Assembly: GCF_003148645.1 (NCBI RefSeq)
Contig: NZ_QGGP01000005.1
Location: forward strand, 96,751 to 120,750
Source of the DNA: Xanthomarina spongicola
Lineage (GTDB): Bacteria > Bacteroidota > Bacteroidia > Flavobacteriales > Flavobacteriaceae
Direction: 5' to 3'
Length of the DNA stretch: 24,000 nucleotides
The notes below the pieces were generated by a model that had not been told where the DNA came from, made no database searches, and worked only from the letters and a program-made list of their open reading frames with translations. How positions within the stretch are numbered: the stretch's first letter is position 1; every line of letters begins with the position of its first letter. Shown piece by piece: positions 11,001-19,792 of this stretch. A program made the position numbers and the translations under genes.

Positions 11001-11946
11001 CACTTACTAAGTTATATTCGTCCTTTTCATGAAATTTATAATCTTGAAAGGTATCAATGGTTATGTCAATAGGTCCAGAAGGTTGAACAAAAGGTTGTAT
11101 TCTTTTCCCATGACCAGAACTTATATTAATATAGTAATAAGTTTTATCTGTATAACAGTTTAAATTAGTATTACTTCCTTGGTTATATCCTTTTGGTCCT
11201 TGTCCATAAAAAAGTATGTAATCAGTATCATTAAAAACACCATCGGTTTCACCAATAATCTTAATAGCATTTTCTTGCACATCTATAGGGTAAGGCTCAG
11301 AATTAGCATAAGGAATCATTCTTCCGCCATTTCCATATAATTTTATAGTTCTTGGATCTATGTTATCTATATTGATTCCTAAATCTGCCAGAAAATCTTT
11401 TGTAATTTTAAAAACTCCAGTTTTATCTATTTGAAATTTATACCATTGACCACTACTCAAAACAGAATTTGTAATTACTCGATTATTATAAGTATTATTA
11501 GTTTGTAATCTTCCATTTGTATAAGAAATAGAAAATGATGTAACTTTCTTATACAAACCTTGACTTGATTTAACTATAGGTGATAAAACAAAATAAGCAT
11601 AATATGTATTCCTTGCTATTGAAGTTTTTAAACTATAAGTCAATTCACTTGGAATTGTTTCAATATTTAAATCCTTTAAATCAGCTTTAGAAATAGTTGT
11701 ATACTGAACATTAGATACTAAAACTGAGTTTTCATCCACAGCCTGTGAAATAGGCCACTGAGATACAAATTGTAGACCTTCGTTTAAATTATAATTAAAA
11801 TTCTCTTCATTAAATGAAGGTAGTATTAACTTAAAACTTTCTGTAGATAACACTTTATTTCCTTCCCATCTAATTTCAAATTGCTTTTGTTGGGAATAGG
11901 TTAAAAATGTGACAAAAAGTAATAGGGATAATAATTTCTTTTTCAT
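8068..11946 (-). CDS. porU: Type IX secretion system sortase PorU (C25-like peptidase)
   Basis: 1292 aa. C25-like region with GALVVNYFGHGGEDGLAHERIF (His) and NCFVTVTCEFTKFDNP (Cys), C-terminal domain ending GVYIYKLTV. Linked to porV and divergent from gldJ. Confidence 0.94.
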   Translation of the reverse strand: MKKKLLSLLLFVTFLTYSQQKQFEIRWEGNKVLSTESFKLILPSFNEENFNYNLNEGLQFVSQWPISQAVDENSVLVSNVQYTTISKADLKDLNIETIPSELTYSLKTSIARNTYYAYFVLSPIVKSSQGLYKKVTSFSISYTNGRLQTNNTYNNRVITNSVLSSGQWYKFQIDKTGVFKITKDFLADLGINIDNIDPRTIKLYGNGGRMIPYANSEPYPIDVQENAIKIIGETDGVFNDTDYILFYGQGPKGYNQGSNTNLNCYTDKTYYYINISSGHGKRIQPFVQPSGPIDITIDTFQDYKFHEKDEYNLVSVGRRWFGDKFDIEDTKTFDFSFPDLVTTEPINFKVFLGSTSEIATSMQIAINGNNIVSLSLPAITDSNLAQENSFDDNILVNSSNLSVSLTHNDGGIPSALAYIDYISIEATRMLNFSGNQYTFRNNAVSQMSGIGQYNLTNTSQVSEIWNVTDIYNVTNLVNSDNSSNISFASSLGSLKYYAIVTPLNYYEPTIGAYKTVNNQDLKGTIFQDSQGQFKDIDYLIITPNSYMNQAERLAQINRNVNQLNVKVVPLYKIYSEFSTGNQDIGAIRNFVKYIYDNASTPDKRIKYVCLFGDGSFDYKDRIPNNTNIVPSWHAYNSFNLTSSFVSDDFYGMMDFNEGSMDISDKLDLAVGRILADSYQRAKDMVDKVERYYIESSFGSWRNNFVVISDDVDESWEKILQVTTDSIGNVVTAKKPFINVTKIHSDAFQQESSAGGDRYPTVNTAIKNALETGALVVNYFGHGGEDGLAHERIFEKPDAQELNNVCKLNCFVTVTCEFTKFDNPIRPTAGEYTYWNKEGGAIGLITTTRQIYVNVGVTFNTILEEYLFSYSENDNIPDNEYPSMAEALRLTKNNPAISNGGQRRLVFFIGDPAMKLAFPKPNIVLTKINDTPITGTTDVLQALGRVKLSGEVLDASGNVMSDFNGILSSTIYDKKIDRQTLGNDGTRDSGQVIIMDFETLGAIIFRGQSSITNGQFDIEFVVPRDIGIPVGFGKVSFYAKKQNQLIDHTGASVGQVQIGGLNENAEEDNIGPVINAYMNDESFVSGGITNSSPSLILKLQDDNGINTASGIGHDIVGILDGDEANPYVLNDYYQTELDDYQRGVVTYPLRDLEAGMHTLTIKAWDVYNNSSTTEIQFVVFDENQELVIDNVLNYPNPFVNYTEFWFNHNSSEPLDVLVQIFTVTGKIVRTLSGQTNSGECCNNGASSLSREIIWDGRDDFGDKIGKGVYIYKLTVRSATLNKTVEKIEKLVIL

Positions 11947-12216
11947 TGAATAAATAACGTGAATAATTGCTTGATATTATTAAAGAGTAAACAATTTTAA
12001 ATAAACGTTTCAAAATTACAATAATAATTTATAAAAATGTGCGTTATTTAAACACAAAATAGAAGTTAAAAACGCAAAAATCATCGTTGTAACGTATAAT
12101 AAATAGGATGAAATGCGTATTTTTTTAATCAATTTTTGCTTTTTAACTTGTAATATTCGCTATATTTCTTATATTGCGTCACCAAAAACATGATAAGCTT
12201 ACTTAAAAGTATGGAT

Positions 12217-13899
12217 ATGAAAAAAGTAATAGCATTTAAGATATTGTTAGTATTAACAATTTCTATAACAACAGTTGGTTGTAAAAGATCATCAAGTTCA
12301 AATAGCTCTAGAGCTACTGGTTGGGATATAAACTCCAGAGATGGAGGTTTCCAATACAATACTCAATTTAAAGAACAAGAAACTGCTCCAGGTTTAGTTT
12401 TTGTAGAAGGTGGAACTTTTACAATGGGTAAAGTTCAAGACGATGTTATGCACGACTGGAACAATACACCAAATCAACAACACATTCAGTCATTCTATAT
12501 GGATGAAACTGAAGTAACCAACAAAATGTATATGGAATACCTTGATTGGTTAAAAAGAATTTATCCTCCAACAGAAGATAACTACAAAGCTATATACAAT
12601 GGTGCACTTCCAGACACATTAGTTTGGAGAAATAGATTAGGTTATAACGAAGTTATGACTGAAAACTATTTGCGTCATCCTGGTTATGGTGAGTATCCTG
12701 TAGTTGGTGTAAGCTGGATTCAAGCTGTAGAATTTGCTAGCTGGAGAACAGATCGTGTAAACGAAATGTACTTAGAAGATGCTGGTTACATTACTAGAGA
12801 TGCTAAAATTGCTGCAACAACAGGAGAAACATTTAATACCAATACCTACATAATGGCTCCAACCCAAGTATATGGAGGTAACGATAGTCTTACTAACCCA
12901 GAAAACACTCGAAGAAGAGTTAACACAACTGCTTCTGGAGATACAACTGGTGTTTACGCTGGTAGAGAAACAGGAATTATTTCTCCTAGCTATAGATTAC
13001 CAACTGAAGCTGAATGGGAATATGCTGCTTTAGGCTTAACAGAATTACGTAATTACAATATTTACAGAGGTAGAAAAAAATACCCTTGGGATGGACAATA
13101 CACGCGTTCAGGAAAACGTCAAGTTAGAGGTGATCAATTGGCTAACTTCAAACAAGGTAATGGAGATTATGGTGGAATAGCTGGATGGTCTGATGATGGT
13201 GCAGATATTACTAACGAAGTAAAAAAATATGAACCAAATGATTTTGGTTTATATGACATGGCTGGAAACGTTGCCGAATGGGTAGCTGATGTTTACAGAC
13301 CTATTGTTGACGACGAGTTTAACGACTTTAACTATTATCGTGGAAATGTTTACACTAAAAATGCTATTAATGAAGATGGAACAGTTAAAATTGTAACTAC
13401 AGACGAAATTGTTTTCGATACTTTACCTAATGGAAAAGTTATTGCTAGAGATTTACCTGGTGAAATTTCGCAAGTTGCAGTAGACGAAGACGAAACATAT
13501 TTAAGACAAAACTTCGATAGAAGTGATAATAGAAACTTTAGAGATGGAGACAGACAATCATCTCGTCAATACAGAGAAAGTTTTAGTGAAGAAGATGGTG
13601 TTGCAACTGAATCTTCAATGACTGGTAAAATGTATAATTCTCCTAAACACAATGTTGATGTAGATGATTCTACAGGTGCATTAATAAGAGAATACGATAA
13701 ATCTAATAAGAGAACATCTTTAATTAACGACGAAGTTCGTGTGTACAAAGGTGGTTCTTGGAAAGATAGAGAATACTGGTTAGATCCTGCTCAAAGACGT
13801 TACTTCCCACAAACTATGGCTACAGATTATATTGGCTTTAGATGTGCAATGTCAAGAGTTGGCTCTAAATCTAAAAGCAAGAACAAAACAAAAAATTAA
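12217..13899 (+). CDS. gldJ: Gliding motility lipoprotein GldJ (FGE-sulfatase/SUMF1-like fold)
   Basis: Lipoprotein signal MKKVIAFKILLVLTISITTVGCK, GLVFVEGGTFTMG, PVVGVSWIQAVEFASWRT, YDMAGNVAEWVADVY, YKGGSWKDREYW. The ORF opens at 12190, but the signal peptide suggests a start at 12217 (or 12211). Confidence 0.93.
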   Translation: MKKVIAFKILLVLTISITTVGCKRSSSSNSSRATGWDINSRDGGFQYNTQFKEQETAPGLVFVEGGTFTMGKVQDDVMHDWNNTPNQQHIQSFYMDETEVTNKMYMEYLDWLKRIYPPTEDNYKAIYNGALPDTLVWRNRLGYNEVMTENYLRHPGYGEYPVVGVSWIQAVEFASWRTDRVNEMYLEDAGYITRDAKIAATTGETFNTNTYIMAPTQVYGGNDSLTNPENTRRRVNTTASGDTTGVYAGRETGIISPSYRLPTEAEWEYAALGLTELRNYNIYRGRKKYPWDGQYTRSGKRQVRGDQLANFKQGNGDYGGIAGWSDDGADITNEVKKYEPNDFGLYDMAGNVAEWVADVYRPIVDDEFNDFNYYRGNVYTKNAINEDGTVKIVTTDEIVFDTLPNGKVIARDLPGEISQVAVDEDETYLRQNFDRSDNRNFRDGDRQSSRQYRESFSEEDGVATESSMTGKMYNSPKHNVDVDDSTGALIREYDKSNKRTSLINDEVRVYKGGSWKDREYWLDPAQRRYFPQTMATDYIGFRCAMSRVGSKSKSKNKTKN

Positions 13900-13916
13900 G
13901 AATATTTATATCTTTT

Positions 13917-13950
13917 AAAAAAGTCCTAACAATTAGTTAGGACTTTTTTT
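13917..13950 (+). terminator. Strong hairpin terminator after gldJ
   Basis: Perfect 14-bp inverted repeat AAAAAAGTCCTAAC-AATTA-GTTAGGACTTTTTT followed by T. Confidence 0.85.
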
Positions 13951-13963
13951 ATACTTTTATTTT

Positions 13964-15238
13964 ATGAATATAGAACAACTGCACACACTCTTTTTAAAAC
14001 ATCCATCTGTTTCTACAGACACGAGAAAAATTTCTAAAAACGATTTGTATTTTGCCCTTAAAGGTGACAACTTTAATGGTAACGCATTTACTAAACAAGC
14101 TTTAGAAAATGGTGCTTCCTATTGTATTATAGACGAAGAGGAATTTGCTACAAACAAGCAATGTATTGTGGTTGAAGATGTATTAACAACATTACAGGAA
14201 TTAGCAACTTTTCATAGAAAATATTTAAAGTTACCTATTATTGCTTTAACTGGAAGTAATGGTAAAACAACTACCAAAGAGTTAATTCATGCAGTACTTT
14301 CAAAAAAATTCAAAACCTCTGCAACTATTGGCAATCTTAACAACCATATTGGCGTGCCTTTAACTCTTTTAAAAATGACTAATACCACTGAAATTGGTAT
14401 TGTTGAAATGGGAGCCAATCATAAAAAAGAAATTGAGTTTTTATGCAACATTGCCTTACCAGATTATGGTCTAATTACCAATTTCGGGAAAGCACATTTA
14501 GAAGGTTTTGGAAGCGTTGAAGGCGTTATTGAAGGAAAATCGGAGCTCTATAAACATCTTATTACTCATAAGAAAACCATTTTTGTCAATTCTAACGATC
14601 CTATTCAGTTAGAAAAAAGCAAAGCAGCTAAAACCATTACTTTTGGTACTAGCAAAATGGATGATTTTATTATTCATTTTAAAAGTGCCCAACCAAATGT
14701 AAGCGTTACTTTTAATAATATTGAAATAAACAGCCAGCTAATTGGCGAATATAATTTCAATAATATTTCTGTAGCTATTGCCATTGGCGCATATTTCAAA
14801 GTAGAAGAAAATCTAATTAAAGACGCCATTGAAAAATATGTTCCACAAAACAATAGATCTCAAATAGTTGAAAAAGGTGCTATCAAAATTATTTTGGATG
14901 CCTACAATGCTAATCCTTCAAGTATGACAGTTGCCTTGCAAAATTTCGAAAAATTACAAGCTAAAAATAAAATAGCCATTCTTGGTGATATGTTCGAATT
15001 AGGTCAAGATGCCAAAAAAGAACACATAGCTATTGCAGAACTGGCTAATTCATTAAAATTATCAAAAGTTATTTTTATAGGTGAAAATTTTCATGATGCC
15101 ATTCCAAAAAGCAATGAAACATATAAAACGTTCAACAATTTTAAAGAGCATTTCAAATTAGACACTTTAAAAAATACCACTTTATTAATAAAAGGTTCTC
15201 GTGGCATGGCTTTGGAGCGTATTCTTGAGTTGTTATAA
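13964..15238 (+). CDS. murF: UDP-N-acetylmuramoyl-tripeptide--D-alanyl-D-alanine ligase
   Basis: ALTGSNGKTTTKELI ATP-binding motif, GNLNNHIGVPLTLL, ILDAYNANPSSM, MLGDMFELG-like motif. Confidence 0.93.
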   Translation: MNIEQLHTLFLKHPSVSTDTRKISKNDLYFALKGDNFNGNAFTKQALENGASYCIIDEEEFATNKQCIVVEDVLTTLQELATFHRKYLKLPIIALTGSNGKTTTKELIHAVLSKKFKTSATIGNLNNHIGVPLTLLKMTNTTEIGIVEMGANHKKEIEFLCNIALPDYGLITNFGKAHLEGFGSVEGVIEGKSELYKHLITHKKTIFVNSNDPIQLEKSKAAKTITFGTSKMDDFIIHFKSAQPNVSVTFNNIEINSQLIGEYNFNNISVAIAIGAYFKVEENLIKDAIEKYVPQNNRSQIVEKGAIKIILDAYNANPSSMTVALQNFEKLQAKNKIAILGDMFELGQDAKKEHIAIAELANSLKLSKVIFIGENFHDAIPKSNETYKTFNNFKEHFKLDTLKNTTLLIKGSRGMALERILELL

Positions 15239-15305
15239 ACAGATTGGAATTATTATATTAACTTCACTTTCTATTATTAGTATATATAATCTAAGACTTA
15301 TTCCA

Positions 15306-17330
15306 TTGAAAATTATTGTGTACTTATTCTTTTTGGCATTCATTTTAAGTTGTAATCAAACAACAAAAACGGTTCCTTTTGAACCCCAAGAAACAGCACT
15401 TGCTCTTAGTCAAGATATTCTAGATTATCGAATAACACCAAAGGATTCCTCGGATAGATCTGGATTCATGTTTTCCGATCAAGGCTCATGGTTTGCCTAC
15501 AGCCTCCCTAAAACAACTAAAAATAATATTGGTTTTTCTGGACCTTTTTTAATGACACAAGAAAATGGAGTTTGGAGTAGTCCTATTTTATCAAATTTAT
15601 CTTTATCGACCCAACAATCTAAAGATCAATTAATTCATTTTAATAATGATTTGGTTGAGCAACATAGTTATTCAAGTCACCTTTCACAGCTCTTTAGAAA
15701 CTCAGAAATAGAATTAAAGCAAGAACTTGTTTATATTTCTGGACATACAGCTTTACAAAGAACAACCATTACAAATAATAGCAAAAGAGAAATTCCAATT
15801 CAAGCCAAAATTCATGGGCAAGTTTTTGATATAGGAATGAAACTTTACAACGAAAACGGTCTTATTAAATTAGTTTCCAAAAATTCTGAAGCCATAGGTT
15901 ACATTCAATTAGCAGAAGACATTGAAAAAATAGATATATCTAATGAAAACACGTATTACTCACTTCAACTTAAAGAATTTAATTTACAGCCTGGTGAATC
16001 TAAAGAAATCATCATTTCACAGACCTTTATTTTTCCAGAATATTCTTGGGACTTAGAAAAAAAGTTCATTGCCAAAACTAACTTCGATTCTATTCTAAAA
16101 GTTCGTCAACTTGAAAAAGAGATACAATTAAAAGGCATTCTTGATAATCGGGATTCAACCTTTAATGACACAATTTATGCTGAAGTATTAATAAAAGCAC
16201 ATCTAACGCTTCAAAATAATTGGCGAATAGCTGCAGGAGCTCTAAAACACGAAGGTCTTTTCCCAAGTTATCATTACCAATGGTTTAATGGCTTTTGGGC
16301 TTGGGACTCATGGAAACATGCTGTTGGCTTATCATATTTCAATATTCCTTTAGCAAAAAACCAAATGCGCGCCATGTTTGATTTTCAACTTGAAAATGGC
16401 TTTATTCTAGATTGTATTTTTAGAGATACTACAATTGAAGCGCATAATTATAGAGATACGAAGCCTCCACTTGCTGCATGGGCAGTTTCTGAAATACACA
16501 AAAAGGACAAAGATTTAAGCTTTTTAAAAGAGTTTTATCCGAAGCTTAAAAAATATCATTATTGGTGGTATAAAGAAAGAGATCATGACCAAGATGGTCT
16601 ATGCGAATTTGGTTCTACCGATGGAAGTTTAATTGCCGCTAAATGGGAAAGTGGTATGGATAATGCTATTCGTTTCGATGATTCTAAAATTCTAAAAAAT
16701 GCTGAAAACGCATATTCTCTTGATCAAGAAAGTGTTGACTTAAATGCTTATCTCTATGCTGAAAAAATATATTTAAGCGAAATAGCTTTGATATTAGATC
16801 GTCCTTTAGATAGCAAGAAATTTACCTCAGAAGCGATTCAATTAAAACAAAAAATTCAGTCCCAATTTTATGATCCTAATGATAAATGGTTTTACGACAC
16901 CAATTTAGAAGGCACAGTATTTATTAAAGGTGAAGGTAGTGAAGGTTGGACAGCACTTTGGGCAAACGCAGCAACCCAAGAACAAGCAGAAGAAGTAAAA
17001 AATATAATGATGCAACCTGAAAAGTTTTTCACTAAAGTTCCCTTTCAGACAATGAGCGCAGATCACCCAAAGTTTAATCCGTTAAATGGATATTGGAGAG
17101 GTCCAAACTGGTTAGATCAAGCCTATTTTGGTGTTAAAGGATTACGGAATTACGGTTTTAATATAGAAGCCGATAAAGCCACCATTCAAATAATAAATAG
17201 TGCAGATGGACTTTTAGAAAAAGGGAAATCTATTAGAGAAAATTACCACCCTATTACAGGAGAAGGTTTAAATGCTGAAAATTTTAGTTGGAGTGCAGCT
17301 CACATCATCATGCTATTATTAAAAGATTAA
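15306..17330 (+). CDS. GH63-like (MGH1-type / trehalase-like six-hairpin) glycoside hydrolase lipoprotein
   Basis: Motifs GLFPSYHYQWFNGFWAWDSWKHAVG, DTKPPLAAWAV, KWESGMDNAIRFDD, NGYWRGPNWLDQAYFG, ENFSWSAAHIIMLLL. The ORF track opens at 15201, but a TTG at 15306 begins a clean lipoprotein signal peptide. Confidence 0.8.
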   Translation: MKIIVYLFFLAFILSCNQTTKTVPFEPQETALALSQDILDYRITPKDSSDRSGFMFSDQGSWFAYSLPKTTKNNIGFSGPFLMTQENGVWSSPILSNLSLSTQQSKDQLIHFNNDLVEQHSYSSHLSQLFRNSEIELKQELVYISGHTALQRTTITNNSKREIPIQAKIHGQVFDIGMKLYNENGLIKLVSKNSEAIGYIQLAEDIEKIDISNENTYYSLQLKEFNLQPGESKEIIISQTFIFPEYSWDLEKKFIAKTNFDSILKVRQLEKEIQLKGILDNRDSTFNDTIYAEVLIKAHLTLQNNWRIAAGALKHEGLFPSYHYQWFNGFWAWDSWKHAVGLSYFNIPLAKNQMRAMFDFQLENGFILDCIFRDTTIEAHNYRDTKPPLAAWAVSEIHKKDKDLSFLKEFYPKLKKYHYWWYKERDHDQDGLCEFGSTDGSLIAAKWESGMDNAIRFDDSKILKNAENAYSLDQESVDLNAYLYAEKIYLSEIALILDRPLDSKKFTSEAIQLKQKIQSQFYDPNDKWFYDTNLEGTVFIKGEGSEGWTALWANAATQEQAEEVKNIMMQPEKFFTKVPFQTMSADHPKFNPLNGYWRGPNWLDQAYFGVKGLRNYGFNIEADKATIQIINSADGLLEKGKSIRENYHPITGEGLNAENFSWSAAHIIMLLLKD

Positions 17331-17419
17331 CTTCTAACAAATAATAATTTAAGATTTTAAAATAGATGTTTTATGCATATATTTAACTTTCATTGAATAC
17401 AAATAACAAACTTCATATT

Positions 17420-18733
17420 ATGAAACTCATAAATTCCTTATACCTTTCGCTTTTTGTTTTCTTAATTATTGGCTGTAAAACATCACAAACTGCTGTTACA
17501 ACAGATTATAATCCTTCAACTTTTGAAAAATTGGCCAGCATGGAACATGTTGTAAGTATAGAAAAAAAAGATTTAGTAAGTCATTTCGATGAGAATTATG
17601 AGATCTGGTTCGAACAACCTATCGACTATAACAACTTGTCCAAAGGCACTTTTAGACAACGTGTTTTACTTGGTTTCGAAAATCCAACACAGCCTGTTAT
17701 TGTTGAACTTCATGGTTATGGTATTGGCTCTGGAAAGGCTGGAGAATTGGCCAATCATTATAAAGCAAATCAAATAAACATCGAGCATCGTTACTTTAAT
17801 AATTCTCGCCCAGAGAACATAGATTGGAATACATTAACAGTAGAGAATGCAGCTAAAGATCAAGCAAGAATTATAGATGCTATTAGAAAAGCGTTATATC
17901 CTAATACTAAGTTTATTTCTACTGGTATTTCTAAAGGTTGTCAAACAACCATGTTGCATCGTAGATATTTTCCAGAAAATGTAGATGCTTGTGTTTGCTA
18001 TGTTGGCCCTCTTAATTTTGAACGTGAAGACCCAAGGGTTTACGAGTTTTTAAATAATGTAAGCACTCAAGAAAACAGAGATAAAGTAAAAGCTTTCCAA
18101 GAGTTATGTTTTGAAAATAGAGCATCTCTTTTAGAAATGATGAAAGCAGCAGGAAAAGAAAAAGACATGTCTTGGGAATTTGGTGTTGATAAAGCCATAG
18201 ATTATACCATTCTGGAATATTCTTTTGCATTCTGGCAATGGGGAACACCAATTGAAAGTATTCCTGCTGAAAATGCAACAGCCGAAGAGATATACAATCA
18301 TCTTATTAGTGTTGTTGGTTATGGCTTTTTTGAAGAAAAAGCTGTTGAAGGTTTACAACCTTACTTCTGGGCTGCATTAACACAACAAGGCATTTATGGC
18401 TATGAAACAGCACCTTTTAAAGAATATTTAAATACCGAAGAAATATATAAATTCGAATGGGCTTTCCCTGAAGGCATTACCAAAGAATTCGACCCAGTTC
18501 CAATGCAGGAAATACAAACATTTCTTGACAATTCGGCTGAAGACATGCTTTTTATTTATGGAGAATATGATGCTTGGAGTGCTACTGCAGTTGAGCTAGA
18601 AGATGATGCATCAAAAAGAGAGGTTTATAAATTTGTGCAACCTAAAGGAAGTCATACTACAAGAATAAAAAGTTTTAGTCCTGAAACACAAAAAGAAATC
18701 TACGACATAATTGATGGTTGGTTAAAAGAATAA
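17420..18733 (+). CDS. S37-like (PS-10 tripeptidyl-aminopeptidase-like) serine peptidase lipoprotein
   Basis: Signal peptide MKLINSLYLSLFVFLIIGCK, nucleophile elbow TGISKGCQTT, late Asp (YGEYDAWSATA) and His (KGSHTTRI). The ORF opens at 17393, but the signal peptide starts at 17420. Confidence 0.75.
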   Translation: MKLINSLYLSLFVFLIIGCKTSQTAVTTDYNPSTFEKLASMEHVVSIEKKDLVSHFDENYEIWFEQPIDYNNLSKGTFRQRVLLGFENPTQPVIVELHGYGIGSGKAGELANHYKANQINIEHRYFNNSRPENIDWNTLTVENAAKDQARIIDAIRKALYPNTKFISTGISKGCQTTMLHRRYFPENVDACVCYVGPLNFEREDPRVYEFLNNVSTQENRDKVKAFQELCFENRASLLEMMKAAGKEKDMSWEFGVDKAIDYTILEYSFAFWQWGTPIESIPAENATAEEIYNHLISVVGYGFFEEKAVEGLQPYFWAALTQQGIYGYETAPFKEYLNTEEIYKFEWAFPEGITKEFDPVPMQEIQTFLDNSAEDMLFIYGEYDAWSATAVELEDDASKREVYKFVQPKGSHTTRIKSFSPETQKEIYDIIDGWLKE

Positions 18734-18832
18734 CATATCTATTTAGGTACTAAATTATCCAATATCAATACCAATTTCACCGATTTGTTACCATTATGTA
18801 ATTAGAATTCAAATTTTGGTTACCTTTAAATT

Positions 18833-19792
18833 ATGGATAATATTTTACAAATTGGAGACTCTTTTATTGAGCAAAACACTATTTTTTCTGAATTAATTCA
18901 AGAATTAAATCAGAGTTTTTCTAACAGCAATGTTATTGTTCCCCTACGTCATCATCACGATTTTCCAAATCCTAAAGTAGACTCAGACTCGACACTTTTA
19001 TTAATGCCTGCTTGGAATCCCAGTAAAATTGCAGGTGTAAAAATAGTTACTGTTAGCCCAGAAAACAGTCAATTCGATTTGCCTTCAATTCAAGGTACCT
19101 ATATTTATTTTGACGCACTAAAAGGAAGTGTTAAAGCCATAATAGAAGCTAAAAGTTTGACCGTTAAACGTACGGCTGCAGCTTCGGCTTTAGCTTCATC
19201 TTATCTATCAAGGAAAGATTCAAAATCCATGCTAATGATTGGCACAGGTGCTTTATCCATAAACCTAATTAAAGCACACGTTTCAGTTAGACCTATAGAA
19301 AATGTGTATCTCTGGGGAAGAAACATCAATAAAGCTGAAGCAATTGCAGCTGAACTAAAAAACGAAAAATTCAATGTTTACCCTATTCAATCTATTGAAG
19401 AGAAGATTTCTGAAGTTGATATTGTTTCTTGTGCCACCTTATCTAAAACACCTTTAGTATTAGGCGCTTATTTAAAACCTGGACAGCATATCGATTTAGT
19501 TGGAGCCTACAGACCTACTATGAGAGAAGCAGATGATGATACCATTAAAAAAACATCTGTATTTATCGATACCTATCAAGGTGGATTAAAAGAAAGTGGT
19601 GATATTTTTATTCCATTACAAAGTGGTGTTCTAAAAGAAAAAGACATTAAAGCAGATTTGTTTGAGCTTTGCTCAAATCAGAAATCGGGAAGAAAGAATA
19701 ATGAAGAAATAACTTTATTTAAGTCTGTGGGTCATTCACTTGAAGATTTAACAGCTGCTACTTATTATTATAACAAATTTAAAAATGAATAA
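18833..19792 (+). CDS. Ornithine cyclodeaminase/mu-crystallin family protein, probable delta1-pyrroline-2-carboxylate reductase
   Basis: SLTVKRTAAASALASSYL, MLMIGTGALSINLIKAH Rossmann motif, HIDLVGAYRPTMREADDD. Overlaps by 8 bp the downstream hydroxyproline dehydratase gene. Confidence 0.82.
   Translation: MDNILQIGDSFIEQNTIFSELIQELNQSFSNSNVIVPLRHHHDFPNPKVDSDSTLLLMPAWNPSKIAGVKIVTVSPENSQFDLPSIQGTYIYFDALKGSVKAIIEAKSLTVKRTAAASALASSYLSRKDSKSMLMIGTGALSINLIKAHVSVRPIENVYLWGRNINKAEAIAAELKNEKFNVYPIQSIEEKISEVDIVSCATLSKTPLVLGAYLKPGQHIDLVGAYRPTMREADDDTIKKTSVFIDTYQGGLKESGDIFIPLQSGVLKEKDIKADLFELCSNQKSGRKNNEEITLFKSVGHSLEDLTAATYYYNKFKNE

Noticed and set aside
12129-12359. Minus-strand 76-aa ORF overlapping the gldJ start
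   Set aside because: It is mostly antisense to the gldJ signal peptide and N-terminus, with no recognisable domain.
6787-13899. porV-porU-gldJ block as a novel system
   Set aside because: This is the well-known type IX secretion/gliding locus arrangement of Bacteroidota and nothing atypical was seen.
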